Shown: positions 47,391-60,818 of the stretch, piece after piece
Layout of the letters: every line of letters begins with the position of its first letter
Numbering within the stretch: the stretch's first letter is position 1
NCBI GenBank assembly: GCA_040954595.2
Contig: CM082590.2
Coordinates: forward strand, 682,001 to 746,000
DNA: 64,000 nt
Direction of reading: 5' to 3'
Source: Balanoglossus misakiensis
Taxonomy: Eukaryota > Animalia > Hemichordata
Notes under the pieces: generated by a model
The model's input: the letters and a program-made list of their open reading frames with translations, nothing else
Databases searched by the model: none
What the model was told of the DNA's origin: nothing
Position numbers and translations under genes: made by a program

Positions 47391-50300
47391 TCCATTTCCC
47401 AAGAAGAATTAGAAGATGAAAACACAAAGTTTTTCTTTGGGTTTGACATTCTCACCAGCTTTTGTAAAAATAATGTCTGATGGTGTTATTTCGCTATTAC
47501 ACTCAGAACATCTAGAGATGACGTATTTCAGCTTTTTCCAGCATCTCACAGCTATTTGACAATATATAAATCTGTGTTCCAGGGAGTCAATCTGGCGACA
47601 AAGAGGACAGAACATTGAATCATTTAACTTCCACAAGTTTAAATACTTGTTACATGGTAATAAACGTTGTAGAAGTTTCCACTGAAACTCTCTTAACTTG
47701 GTCTCTTTAGTCAACTTGTACACACTCAGCCAGATTTTATAACAGTCGCTCTCTGGCTTTACATGGGTGATATTTAACTTAGAAAACCATTTTGAGAGTT
47801 TATCACTAGCCTATACTGAGTGCCTCTGAATGAGATGAGTATACAACACCTTACAAAATAATTTGTGGACCGGAGACTTAGAGACGCCAAGTGTGACATC
47901 ATAGTCATCGCTTGCAGAGTGAGCTGCATAAAAACACCGGAATTTGGAGGACCAGATAAGGGTACGGTTCCCTGCACGGGAGGTATTGTGTTTCACCGCA
48001 TACCAGGCATTCAGTACATTTACATAAAATTCAGGGAGTACAGATAAAAGAAAATAAGGAATCCTTTGCCAAATTTAGTGCTGATGCAATAAATTTGTGG
48101 TATTATCTAAAAGCAAATATGACCAGGGCAAAACAGTCCATGTCTCGTCTTTACACATTATTATCCTTTTAACCCAAAGAGCCATCATTGCTCCCACTTG
48201 GCATTTCACATTAATATGTTTAACTCCTCCTAGCTTGTACCCACTTTCAAGAATTTTGTTCGAAATTCTCCTTTTACGTTTTACAAAACTGTCAACGAGA
48301 CGTTGTACTTTACAGAGAATATCATTGGGAATGCCAATTACTGATGATAAATACATAATTTTTGAAACAGCAAGAGACTTGGTAATGAGAATACGGCCAT
48401 AAATCGTGAGTTGCCGTCTTCCCCACATTTCCAAAACTTTTCCTAATGATTTTAACTTATCATCCCAGTTTAGCTGCTTTCACAGAGCATCATCATACCC
48501 AAAATACACTCCAAGAGTTTTTACAGGATTGTCAGTCCAACTTATATTACCCACTTTATCGTTACATTTTCTTAAATTACCAAGTTTAAAAGCCTGCGTT
48601 TTCTTTTTATTTAACCTTAGCCCACTACATCCCTGAAACTTCTCCATTACTTACTGAGAACAGAAACAACAGAAGACAAATCTTCAACGAATACTGTTGT
48701 ATCATCTGCAAGTAAAGCTATCTTTGCTTCTTTGGCATGACCATAACCAGCAGGCAGACGAAACCCTTTGATAGTTTCATCGTGCCTGATCTTACAAGCT
48801 AAAAACTCAATTGCTATTACAAATAAAGGTGCAGAGAGGGGGCATCCTTGACGGACACCCCTTTCTAACCTGAAGAAACTTGAAGACCAACCATTGTATA
48901 AAATACAGCTCTGAATGTTCGTGTAGAAAGTTTTTACCCATTGACGAAAGGAATGACCAAAATTCATACATCGTAAAGTTTCATCAAGATAGTCCCAGAT
49001 AACGCAACTCCGTCCGTACTTCCGAAGGGCAAAGGCACTGATTAAAACAGCAAGAAGAAACGTAAGCGAAAGAGGAAGCAAAAAAGTAAATGACTCAGAA
49101 AAAAAAAAACATTGTTACTTTATACGTTAGAGGTTTGAACAATAATACTAAACGCCGTGATATTTTCCAGTGGCTTAAAAACAAAAAAGCCACTCTTTGC
49201 ATTTTGCAAGAAGTTCACTGTCAAAAGGAAAATATTGCATTGTGGGAAAAAGACATTTCTGGCAGAATTGTCATTGTAAACGGCACACATAAAGATACTG
49301 GCCTTACTGTGTGTTGTGTATATGCAACAAATGTTAGTGTACATAGAACGAGCTTCTTTACAAATTTATCAACTGTCCTTGAAGAGATCTGTATGTATGG
49401 CAATGTTATTATTGGTTGTGATTTCAACTGTGCAATCAACAGAAATTTAGATAGAACTACTCATTCAAAGCATGCTGATAAGTCTGTTCACTGGTTAATT
49501 AAACAGACTTTTGCGTCATTTTTATTTAACTGACATCTGGAGAGTTCGTCACCCAAATCTTCTGCAATATACTTGGAGGCGTTTACAACCAAATCCAATT
49601 CATAGTAGGCTAGATTACTTTTTCGTTTCTAAAAATCTTGTAAAGGTCACAAAAAGAGTTGAAATTAGACCAGCAGTTAAAACGGACCATTTGTCAGTTT
49701 TCTTAGAAATTGACAGAGGTCCTGGTTCATGGAAGTTTAACAAGTACTTACTTACCAAACAAAATTTTGTTGCTGGCATTCAAAATGTCATTAGGTCTTG
49801 CAAGGATAAATACGCAGATATCAATGCCAAAACGAGATTGGATTTGACTGGTGTTCCAGCTTTTTCAATTTACATCGTGGTGTAAGACAAGGCTGCTCTC
49901 TTTCGGCCTTGCTGTTTGTACTTGACATTGAAATGCTAGCATGCAAAATTAGACACGATAAAAACATAAAGGGTGTCAAGTTACCAACTCACAACAACAG
50001 AGTTTGTGAAGAAAAAATTTCCCTGCTAGCAGATGACACGACTATTCTTGTGCGTGACAAAGCCTCGATTGAACATTTGCTAGTTGTCATGGACAGTTTT
50101 AATAGTTGCAGTGGTCTAAAAATTAACAAGAAAAAACAAACAAAAGGTATGTGGCTAGGCGGCCACAGACAAAGCAAGGATCCCGTCAAAACACTTGGTG
50201 TTTACTTTGGACACGATGTTGAGTTGTGTAAAAGTCTGAACTGGTCAGATAAAATAACTGCTATTGAAAACTTATTAGTGTCATGGAAAAGACGACAACT

Positions 50301-52270
50301 TACACTTTATGGTAAAATTCTCGTCACAAAATCTTTAGTATTGTCAAAAATTACATACTTGTCATCTGTCATTGGTATCCCTGTTGATATTTGCTGTAAA
50401 ATTCAGGCTGTCATCGATAATTTTGTTAAGAGTAATAGGAAAATTTCAAATAGGGTTCTCCAAAGGGAATACAACTATGGTGTTAATGTACAATTTCAGA
50501 TCAAAGCAATGTACGCCATGTGGGTTAAAAGGCTAGTCGAAATTAGAGATGTGACATGGTCTGTTTTACCATGGTCCTTCTTTCAGTTAGACCAGACGAC
50601 GAATTTACTACAACAATCTGTTGTGTGGCGTAAAATCCCAAGTCATGTCCTTGTCAATTTTACCAGATTTTATGTGAAAGTTTTGAAAGCATGGTATAGT
50701 GTAAGTACAAGGCACAACACTGTTCAACAGTCATTACTTGGGCTGTCTCACAAATTTAGTTGTTTTTATGTCAAAAACACTGAAGAAAATGACTACAGTG
50801 TTGTCATTAATGATTCAAAAGTACCACTCAGTGAATTGACGTGTAATATACTTTATATGAAACTTTAACAGCAATATTCAATCCACACCGGTAACAAACT
50901 TGACAAATGGTTTCACAATCTTCAAGTCACGCCAAGGGATATAGATGCTGTAAGTCTTAACATTTGGAAACGTGTGTACACCACTACTAACGAGATAAAA
51001 AATAGAGCATTTCAATGGAAACTTTTAAATCGTTTACTTCCGTGCAACAACTATTTGTACTTTTGGAAGCTGAAAGACTCTATGTACTGTCCTGTTTGTC
51101 TTCAAGAAGATTCCTTGGAACATAGAATTTTAGATTGTAAAATTGCTGAAAGGTGCTGGACAAAGGTCAACAACATCATTTGTAATATTACAGGGAGAAC
51201 CCTACGCTTGGCCCCTCTTAATATAATTTTCGCCGAGTCTTTTGATAACATCATCCCAAAAGACTATTACCTTGTTCTACAACTTTGATCTTACTGGGTA
51301 AATGGAGCATTCATAAATATTGGATATGTCAGACGAACACACCAATTGAAGTTATATTTAAGAATGAATTTAAGTTGAGATACAACATAGAGAAAAAAAT
51401 ATATTACAGAGCCAATATAATGGATATATTTGAGAAAGTTTATAATTTGATTTGATTGTATTTTTCAATCTCTTTTGCATTCATTACGTAAGGATTTTTA
51501 ATAAAAGAAAAGAAAATAGATTTCAAAATCCCGTCCAGTTTCTTAGATTTAACAGAATGACACATCGTTACAAATGAATCAAACTTCGCATCTAAAACGG
51601 TGTTGAAATCACCTCCAATGAAGACGCAATCATCCCCATTCGTATGTTTTTGAATCCAACATTTCAATGACATAAAGAAAAGCTCCCTTTCTTTGGGTTG
51701 ATTTTGTGCGTAAATATTAACTATGGTAAATGTTTCACCATTGATATCTAGAGATACAAGAAATTTTCTCTCATACTGATCCCTTTTGAATACTTTATCT
51801 CATGATCCATATTTTCTTCGACAAAAATCGAAACCCCTTTACTGTGGCTAGTACCAAATGAATGGAACATTTTCCCTTTCCACTCTCTACACATTTTATC
51901 TTGAATTTGTTCGTCCCAGTAGGTTTCTTGTAGCAGTAATACATGTGGTCTTTGATCTCCACACCACTGAAATATCTGTCGTCTTTTCTTATCACCTCTT
52001 AAACCCCGACAGTTCAGAGATAACAAATGTATGTTATTTGAGTTCATAGGTGGCAAAGAAACCCTATATCATAGCTACTAATCGTTTACGTTGTGCTTTC
52101 TTTCTCTTTTTAGCTTCTCTTCGTGTTCTTCTCGAACCGCCACGAGTGTCTTTAACGAGCTCTGTAGTCGCAGGTCTTTCATTTTCCGACTCCAATACCT
52201 CTTCTTCTGACAGCATGGTGGAGGTCGATAGCTCTGTCGACGTGCTGGTGTGTTTACGTTTGGCGTCATT
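47391..52270 (-). mobile_element. L1/Tx1-type LINE, decayed (ORF1 tail, EN at about 51525-52056, RT and C-terminus at 47391-49000)
   Basis: SLNCRGL...LQET...GGDFN; RGVRQGCPLS...LADD; VKTLGV; FQWKLL...CPLC...EH...C. Confidence 0.85.
49001..51520 (+). mobile_element. Second L1/Tx1-type LINE, internally deleted, antisense inside the first
   Basis: Basic ORF1 tail with TAAATG at 49087-49092; EN (LQEVH, DFN, SRLDYF, TDH); RT (RQGCSLS, LADD); zf-RVT; AATAAA and A-rich tail near 51500. Confidence 0.85.
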
Positions 52271-52520
52271 AGTCCTGTTTCAAAATGACCTACACTACAC
52301 GCCCTATGCACATGTATTGAATGTTCTGATTGGTTTATCCGCTTCTCTAAGGTCCACTTGTGGCACGCTGATTGGAGGGACCTTATGTGTTAGACCTTAT
52401 TACTATGTATTATTCACTAGACCTTGTAGGGTAGGTCTTATTACTATGTATTATTCACTTTACAGCTCCCTGATTGGTTAATGTGTAGGTCTGGTCCTCC
52501 AGTGTTCACTGCCTCATTAT
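52270..52520 (+). repeat. Dispersed repeat, also at about 63460-63800
   Basis: ggtccacttg.ggca.gctgattggagggaccttatgtgttag...cactgcctcattat shared nearly verbatim. Confidence 0.8.
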
Positions 52521-52562
52521 AATACTAGTAATGGGTATAGTATATACTAGCATCATGAGCAT

Positions 52563-52682
52563 AGGGACCTTTGACCCAAGCCACTTCTTGTCTCAGCTGC
52601 CCGATCGCGCGGCTCAATTCAAGACACCGCGTTGTTTATCAAGAAGGTGGTTGTTGTTTCTTAATTTTTCTTAATTTTTTGT

Positions 52683-52745
<63 letters not shown>

Positions 52746-52754
52746 TTCATTCAT

Positions 52755-52849
<95 letters not shown>

Positions 52850-52971
52850 TTTGTTTGTTTCCCCGAAAAGAACGCCTAATTCGCCTGTGAAACAACGCGG
52901 TGTCTTGAAATGAGCCGCCCGCTCGCGCGATCGAGCAGCTGATACAAGAAGTGGCTTGTGGAAAGGTCCCT
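52563..52971. mobile_element. MITE with about 75-bp TIRs enclosing an (ATTT)n tract (52682-52852)
   Basis: agggaccttt...caagccacttcttg...caagacaccgcgttgttt and its reverse complement at 52891-52971. Confidence 0.65.
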
Positions 52972-53134
52972 TCCGTAGGCGAATTAGGCGTTCTTTTCGG
53001 GGAAACAAAAAAATAAAAAAAATAATTAGGCTAAAGCCTATATGTTAATGTTTCAAACGAACGCATATTTTCGGTGGGCAACCAATCACAGTCCCGGTAA
53101 TTTCCAGCGTTTAGCTGAAGATAGCTGGAAACAT

Positions 53135-53418
53135 GGAATGGGTGATATCGTATGGCAAGAAGTCTGCCCTGGTACACTAGACAAACCAGCAAAAAATGAA
53201 ATGTGGCGGAGAATGAAGGGGGTGGGTTGTCCCTTTCCACATTAGAAAACTTGGTAAACACAGTGGACTCAAAAGCAAAAGTTCGGTGGCAAAAGTATGT
53301 GACCCCCCCCCTAAACGTTTAAAAAAATCAGATGACCCCCCCTTTTGGACTTCAAAATTTAAGTGCCCCCCCCCCCCCCTGGATTTTGCCGCCCCGGCCG
53401 TAAAAACTGAACGGTCCC
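53135..53418. mobile_element. One-ended copy of the Harbinger-type MITE
   Basis: Ends gtaaaaactgaacggtccc-TTA; matches 45940-46245. Confidence 0.8.
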
Positions 53419-53420
53419 TT

Positions 53421-53808
53421 ATATTACCATGGCCAGTGCGTCGCATTTTAATTGGTCGAGATGAACGACGTCACTGACCACAAATACTCAGTAATGGTTT
53501 GTTTACATGCCCGTAAATCTGAATAGTAATATTAGCAAACAGTTCAGTGAATACAACATTTTGCGTAACACAAGTTCCGGGGCCGCTAGTGGGACATTTT
53601 CGTAAATTTTGGCGGTTTTCTTGACTTCGTTGGTAATATAATGGAAATAACCGACACCGCCCTGACCATTAACGTTTATTTATGGGCGCGGGCTCGAGGA
53701 AAGCCAAAATTCATGGGCTCGGAAGCCTCGCCCATGAATTTTTGGCTTTCCCCTCACCCTTGCCCATAAACAAACGTTAATGGTCAGGGCGTCGTCCATT
53801 ATTTCTAT
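53421..53808. mobile_element. Hairpin-ended non-autonomous element, unclassified
   Basis: atattacca / tggtaatat asymmetric inverted repeat, then a palindrome with arms of about 80 bp at 53642-53808. Confidence 0.55.
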
Positions 53809-56631
53809 AGCATAGTGCATACATGTACAAGCCAGGCAACAGGCGATTGTGCCTACGGTCTCATTGAGATCTTACGAGTACGCCCCTGCTTGACCAGCTA
53901 AGAGGGGCTACACAGAAAAGGATCACTGTAACAGTACGAACGCTAGCTCGTCAAATGACTATTTTTTCTAAACTTTGCAGCGCCCCAACGTTATCTTGTT
54001 TTCAAATGCGGAAGTGGTGTGCTGATTTCCCGCGTAATTTTCTAAGCTTATTTACGTCGGAATAATCGTATTTTACCAGTCATTTTCACCATTTATCGAT
54101 AGTTTGTAGTTTAAGGTATTAAACGACACATTTTTACGGAAATATCTTGATAAACCTTTCGGAAACATGATAAAACTTAGAGATTTTGGGAAAATAATAA
54201 ACATCGAATGTATAGTGTTTAAAGATGTGCAGCACTTTCTTATAAAAAATAATTGTTACATTTTGCAACGATTTTTGGTAATTTCAATATATATTCTGAC
54301 GATTTAAGAAAAAAAGTTTGTGTACCTCCATGGGTCTTTGCAAAATCGCCCCTGATTACAAGTGCAACAATTCCGTTCTATAGCATGTATAGTATAGCGC
54401 ACACGCCTGACTAGTGCATAGCTCCTGAACCTTCGTATGATGCAGTATACGTAGCGTGAGCGTCTCCTCGTGGGTGAATTTTCGTGACATGTTGATGCGA
54501 TATCGCTTGTCATACCTCGAAGACTTGCTTTTACAAAGGTTCTGACCAAAAATACAACATATTTTCTTTGTGATTTTCAATTGTCTACTTGTCGTATTGG
54601 TGTCCGGGACTATTGTCTGGCTCAAACGAAGCTCCATCGTGTGTCGGTCACGTCATATCCGCTTATTATGAAAAAGATCGGTAGTTTGAAAACGGCCTTT
54701 TGGTACTGCACTACGCTCTTTGGCTTATTATGAAAAAGATCGACAGAGTTTGAAATGATCGGTAGTTTGAAAACCGCCTTTCGGCACTGGTGTTTTTCAG
54801 CCTACGTTGGCACTACGTTTATCGGCCGACAAAGTGTGAAAATGATCGGTTGTTTTTAACACCTATATATATCTGCATAGAACAATTAATAGACGACGAC
54901 ACAGCATTTCTGTACAATTCTAGTCTTTATTGTTGATCATGATCGCACTGACGTGTAACACACTCAATTACAACCCAAACATTCACCCTCACAACCCCCC
55001 TCGGCCTCCCCCACGAAGTAATGGTATCACACAGGGTAAAGTTAGCGCCGTATACTTGTACGTACGATACACCAGATCCCACTTGTATATGGTTCACTAA
55101 GATGTGCAGCAAATTTTTATAAAAGCTCCAAGGAAGGTAACATTTTCCAGTATTACAGCTAAGTAAACAATCTAGGGTTCGAACACATTGTTTTTTGTAC
55201 CACTTGCAGTTTTCGAAATATTCGCCTCGAAACATTGAAAATGGCAATTTTTCACGACTAAACAAACAACACTACGATCTCGTAAAAAATACTAGCGTAA
55301 TTATCTGACCTTATGAAGACACAAAAATTGAACACGATACAGTTGGAGGACCACTTTCCTCACTCAAATCGTCATTTAAAAAAACACATGAGGATATGCG
55401 AAGATACACGGCCTGATTTCTGACGGTGTTGTTTACATGATTGGAGGCTGTCATTTTGAAATTTATCACATGACCTCTGCTTAATGCGCGCCCTCTATGA
55501 GAGCAACCTGCTTTCCGGCTGTAAATAAGTAATATTTTACTATATCGTGATGCATGTATGATTGAACAGGCGGGATGCATCTGTAATGTATCGGCGTAGA
55601 TGCACAGTTAGCAACCATTGTTTATAATGTCGTCGGTTTATACTGGGTAAACTAAAGGAATCACGCAGTATATTGAAGAAATGTGGAAAATTATGAAGAA
55701 ATAGAAAAGAATTTCAAAAATCGAAAACAACACGATTGTGGCATGACATATCAACTTTTGCAATGTGAAGTTTCAAGCTGTTTTATGAAGAAATGAAAAT
55801 TGTGAACCGAGAGATTTTTATAGTACCGGCGAAAACCGCACATAGCTTCATGACCCCATTGTTTCCTTGTATGCAAGTCTATTTTAGGTCATGTTCCAAA
55901 AAACTCACCGGTTCAAAATTTTTATTGACTCCCCAGTGAAAACACATATTGGAAGTCATACGTTTTTTTCATTATAACGGCCATGTTATGGTTTTCGATT
56001 CTTAAAATTGCTTATTTACTTATACCGAAATCGAAATTTTATAACGTAACTATGGCATGCAGTAATTAGCTGGCAAATTACGTATAGCTAGCAATTCCGA
56101 GGCATCGTACCTTACCGTCAGTTTCCAATAAAATTCAGTATGAAAAGTAAAATTTTCAACAGATTTCAGTAAGTTGATAACATATTTGCCAATGTACGGA
56201 AGATAATTATTAATACTTAGTGTATTATCCCAAGCCAGACCCGAATCTGGAGCGATCGCCTGTCTCAGATCGAGTGGCACAATTCGGACGCGTTGAATTC
56301 AGCTCATGAATATTTAATTTCGGCGCAGTGAACAGTTTTGAGACCGTCTTGCCCGTAGTGGAAAAATCATCAGACAATGGCATGAATCTATAAACTTAAA
56401 GAAGAAGAGTATAAAAAAGTTTCCCCTGAGCTTGTATAGGCCCAATGTCTTGGGAAATTACAACATGCACTTTTCCCATTGTTCAAGTCACGAAGCTTCG
56501 CTCCCACGAGAATAATGCAAATTAAGAAATATTGATTTTGTTAATTATTCAACAAGTCGACAAGACAAAATAATCAATGATGTGCGCACAAAATACGCCA
56601 TCTTAGAATTTGACCTTTGGAACTGACAACG

Positions 56632-56703
56632 ATGAATTCGTGGTCGTTTTTGACGACAACCATCGTCATCGTTGGAATTTCATTTTCATTTGTGGAATCT
56701 GGT
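56632..56703 (+). CDS. CTHRC1: CTHRC1-like exon 1 (signal peptide)
   Basis: MNSWSFLTTTIVIVGISFSFVESG followed by GTAAGT; phase 0 fits exon 2. Confidence 0.75.
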
Positions 56704-57834
56704 GTAAGTTCTTCACTGTTTCTGAAATCTCTATTTGTTTAATTACGTTCTCGTTGTAATGAACTTTGCTTGACATATATAGTAGCGCTTTATATGTATG
56801 CCGTGACACCAATCTGAGTTGGATAAGGGCTGTGGGCATGCCACGCTAGAAATTCAATCCAAAATCAGCAATTGACACTCATAGGCAGATTGTTTCCTTA
56901 CTAATGACAAAGGAACCAAAGCCTTCACCATTTAAGTCTTCATAACCTGACACGCACGTGCGGTAAAACAGTGGGAGAAAGTCGGAATACAAAGGGAGGA
57001 GAGGACACAGAGAGACGAGGACAGAACATAGGAGACGAGATCGACGAAGGAGGTCGAAAGACCACACATGACAGGACAGCAGCTCAGGACTCTCCTAGCT
57101 CCACGTCTTATAGACAGTTTTAACCCCCACTCCTCCCGCACTATAGTTCTGCTAGGCCATCTTATTTTAGTAGTAGCTAATATAGTCAGAACTTAAAGGT
57201 ATACGGTCACCTATGGAAAATTAGCTAGAGTTACAATGGCAAGTATATTGTGGGTTTTTCTGCGTTAAATATAAACATTCTGTAAACGTTGTAATTTTTC
57301 AATGACATGTTTAGGACCGCCAGAGAGGAGACTATCGTAGATAAAATTTAGACAATGACAAGTCTATGAGTGGCTTTAGCAGAAAGCAGATGACGAATAG
57401 AACTGCTCTGCCTCATTTGAATATAGACAGCTTCAACATGTTCTGATATAGTTAAATGACTATCTAAAGTGACACCGAGATTTTTTTTCACACGAGGAAA
57501 TTGAACTGAACCATCACTAACTAGTACACATTGAGGAAGTGAAATTTTCGCATGGCTGGTGATTTACTACAGTTTAAGTGGAGTTGTCAATTGCAGATAC
57601 ATTACTACCTTTCATCAATTTTTTCTTCATCAAAAACAGAACCATCTTTATCCTAGAAATGAGACGGTTGAGAACAGCGTACATCACAAAGTCGATGGTT
57701 CAATTGACAATTCATGGTTTGAGAGGTGAAATACAAGGCGATAAAACAAGGGCAAATTCATAGCTTGTGTCAGAGATGAAGCCTCGTGGCATGGATTAAT
57801 TCTAACTCTAACCCTTTTCTGTTTAATCTTGCAG

Positions 57835-57987
57835 TGTTCAGGACCGAAAGGCCCCGCTGGTCCAGTGGGTCCCCCTGGAAGCAAAGGTTCTGGAACCAAT
57901 GACAACTGGTATGTGGTGACGAAATCCCGAAATTGGAGACAATGCGCATGGAACTACGCAGATGGTAGAGACAGTGGTGTTCTTTAT
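57835..57987 (+). CDS. CTHRC1: CTHRC1-like exon 2 (short collagen repeat, NWRQCAW)
   Basis: cttgcAG|CSGPKGPAGPVGPPGSKGSG...RNWRQCAWNYADGRDSGVLY|GTAGGT. Confidence 0.88.
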
Positions 57988-58055
57988 GTAGGTATTTGAT
58001 ATAAACCTAACTCTGGCGAAATGAACCACTCTAAAAGCACGTTCTATTTTTCTAT

Positions 58056-58115
58056 GTGTGTGTGTATGTGAGTGTGTGTGTGTGTGTGTGTGTGTGCGTG
58101 CGTGTGTGTGTGTGT
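58056..58115. repeat. (GT)n microsatellite
   Basis: Visible run. Confidence 0.9.
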
Positions 58116-59039
58116 GAAACAGAAAAACGACATGATTTCTTCATCGACATTTTTTGATCAACTATAACTCAAATTTAAGTAAGACCTAAGAGTTTAATTA
58201 TTGATAAATCTCATATTCCTTACTGTGGAACTGCCACGAATGTATAATTTGTATAGATTTATCCATAGGGCTATACCGGATATTTATATCCTGAATTGAC
58301 AATGTCAACGTTTTCCTAAAATATTTCAAATTTTGACCTTTTCTAACCATATTGACAAAAACTCGGAAACTTTTCATTATTAAATGTATATTAAAATGGA
58401 ATGATCTTATGAAATCCGTACTTGTTTCTGAATTGTATAAAGCCGGATATTCCAATTCTTCCAATCCGCTCAAATCAACTTGAGGCGTAGTTCCATGCGC
58501 ATTGTCTCCAACAAGTAAAGTTATCATGATAAATAGATACACAGTAACAAACATCTTTGTGTAATGATAAAATACCAATGTATGTAGTGTGTTAACAGTT
58601 GGTAACAGACATGACACATGATAATGAGAACGTGCGATTTTTGTTTAATACATGTATTTTAATGTCTTCTGTAATGTACAAAAATTCATTTCTCAGATTC
58701 AACGAGAAATGTTTCAAAGTATTTGATAACGCCAGTAAATAAAAAAACAGTTGGTAAATTGTGTCCTTCAACACTGGGGCCCATTTCATTTAACCCCAGC
58801 TGTTAATTTATAAGGAAACTGTCTTTGAATGTGACCTATTCTTGTTAATTTAACGTCTAGAATGTATAAAAATGAAGTCTATATAATATAATAACAATAA
58901 GCCCCCGTCGAGGGCAGGTATACCACTAGATATAGCACAATTCACGACACATATGCTCTCGCCTACCGCTCGTGCATATATGTTTTGTGTGTGATCAAAA
59001 CAGTTTTTCAAGAGTATTGACATATGCTATCATCTAATG

Positions 59040-60676
59040 AGAGCAGTTTATTACCAATCCATCAGAGAAACAATTGATGACGTTTACCCCTGTTACCTCA
59101 GAAGTCATTAGGAAGATCATCATGCAGTCGCCAAGTAAACATGGTAAAATCTTGCATAGAGGCACTTTTGCCCTTAATTACAGAAATTATGGTTGTGTTC
59201 CTTAATCACTGAAAACGGCCTTGGTCGTACCATTGATTAAAAGCTGCAAACTTTGCCCGGAAGAACGTAAGAACTATCGGCCAATTTTTAACATGCCTTT
59301 TGTGACTAAAGTACTGGAGAAAGTAGTTGCAGCTGAGCTTTATCGGCATCTGAAAGAAAACAACTTGTATACAAAGATGCAATCTGCATATCGTAAACAT
59401 CATAGTATGTAAACAGCAATTGTTCGCATTTATACTTCGAGCCATTGTCCTGATATTAGACATATCTGCGGCATTTTATACATTTGACCACCAGATTTTA
59501 CTTGACAGATTGCAACATCATTTTTGTATAGCTGGTTTGGCACTTTCATGATTTAAATCATATTTTTTAAAAATTGAGTTTACTATATGTACTTGTTGAA
59601 GGAGCCCAAGCTGGAGGTGACACTTTGAAATTTGGAGTTCCGCAGGGATTGGTGCTTGGGGCAATGGGCCGATCCTTTTCAATATTTATACATCACCCTT
59701 GGAGACCCTGATTTTCAAGCACTATATCAACTGTATGATGTATACTGATTACTCCCAGTTGTATATGATTATGAAGCGAACACAACACCCAGCAGCGATG
59801 TCAAGTATTGAAGCCTATATTGAAGATATCAGATCATGGTATACATCAAACAAGCTTAAACTGAATTAAAACAAGACTTACGCTTTAGCAAAACAGTTTC
59901 TATACCATGTATAGAAATTGGCGAAAGCTCTGTTTGTGCATCATCAGTTAAACGTGATCTTAGTGTTATGCTTGATTCAGAACTTAAAATGACAAATCAT
60001 GTAAACTACATCTACAAGACAGCATCTTTAGCAATTAGACAGATTGATCAAATTCGCTGATACTTTGACAATGCCAGCAATGAAAAACAAGTCCATGCTT
60101 TTATTACGTCTAGAATGGATTACTGCGATGCAGTTCTGTGTGGACTTCCGAAAAAAGAGCTGCAAAAATTACGAGTTCAAAATACTGCCGCTAGACTTGT
60201 CGTCAGAAGCTGAAAATATGACCATATCTCTCCTGTATTATGATATCTTCACTGGTTGCCTGTGAAGGAGACTACAAAATAGACTACAAAATTCTACTAA
60301 CTGTCTATAAGGCCATAAACAATTTATGTCCATCGTACATCCGTGATCTTTTGTCGTTGAAAAATATGTCACGTAATTTGCGTTCCAACCACAATACTGC
60401 ATTGACTGTCCAACGTTTTGTAACGTCTATACTTATGGTGAACGGGCTTTCTCTGTTGCAAGTCCAAAATTAAGGAACTCTTTTCTACTCTTTAATATAA
60501 GATCCGCTACTTCAATTGGATTTTTTAAAACTCAACTGAAAACTTTCCATTTTTATCGATTTTTTGTCATGATTTTACACTAGACTATTTAAAATGTTTC
60601 GTAAAGCGCATAGAGGCTTTCAGCATTATGTGCTGATAAAAACTATTCTGTTATTATATTTATTATTATATATTAT
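59040..60676 (+). mobile_element. Decayed L2/CR1-group LINE fragment in CTHRC1 intron 2, inserted into a palindromic element (about 58894-60705)
   Basis: VVPLIK...NYRPI...KVLEKVV...QSAYRKHHS; GVPQG; 3' gtaaagcgcatagag and (TTA)n tail. The flanks caataagccccc...gagggc and gccctc...gggggttattg are inverted arms. Confidence 0.8.
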
Positions 60677-60818
60677 ACGCGCCCTCTGCAGGGGGTTATT
60701 GCTTAAATAAATTTAACATAATGTTGTGAAGTAAATGTGTTTATTTTAGGAAAAATGGCAAATCCGAATATGGCGAGGAAATAAATGTCTGTTAACATTG
60801 AAATTGATCACTTTTCAG

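Noticed and set aside
52571-52879. Hydrophobic (YLFI)n ORF
   Set aside because: It is a translation of the (ATTT)n tract.
53810-56500. Region with small duplications (54660-54790) that looks like DNA transposon debris
   Set aside because: I could not pair termini, find a TSD or recognise coding motifs, so it is left unannotated.
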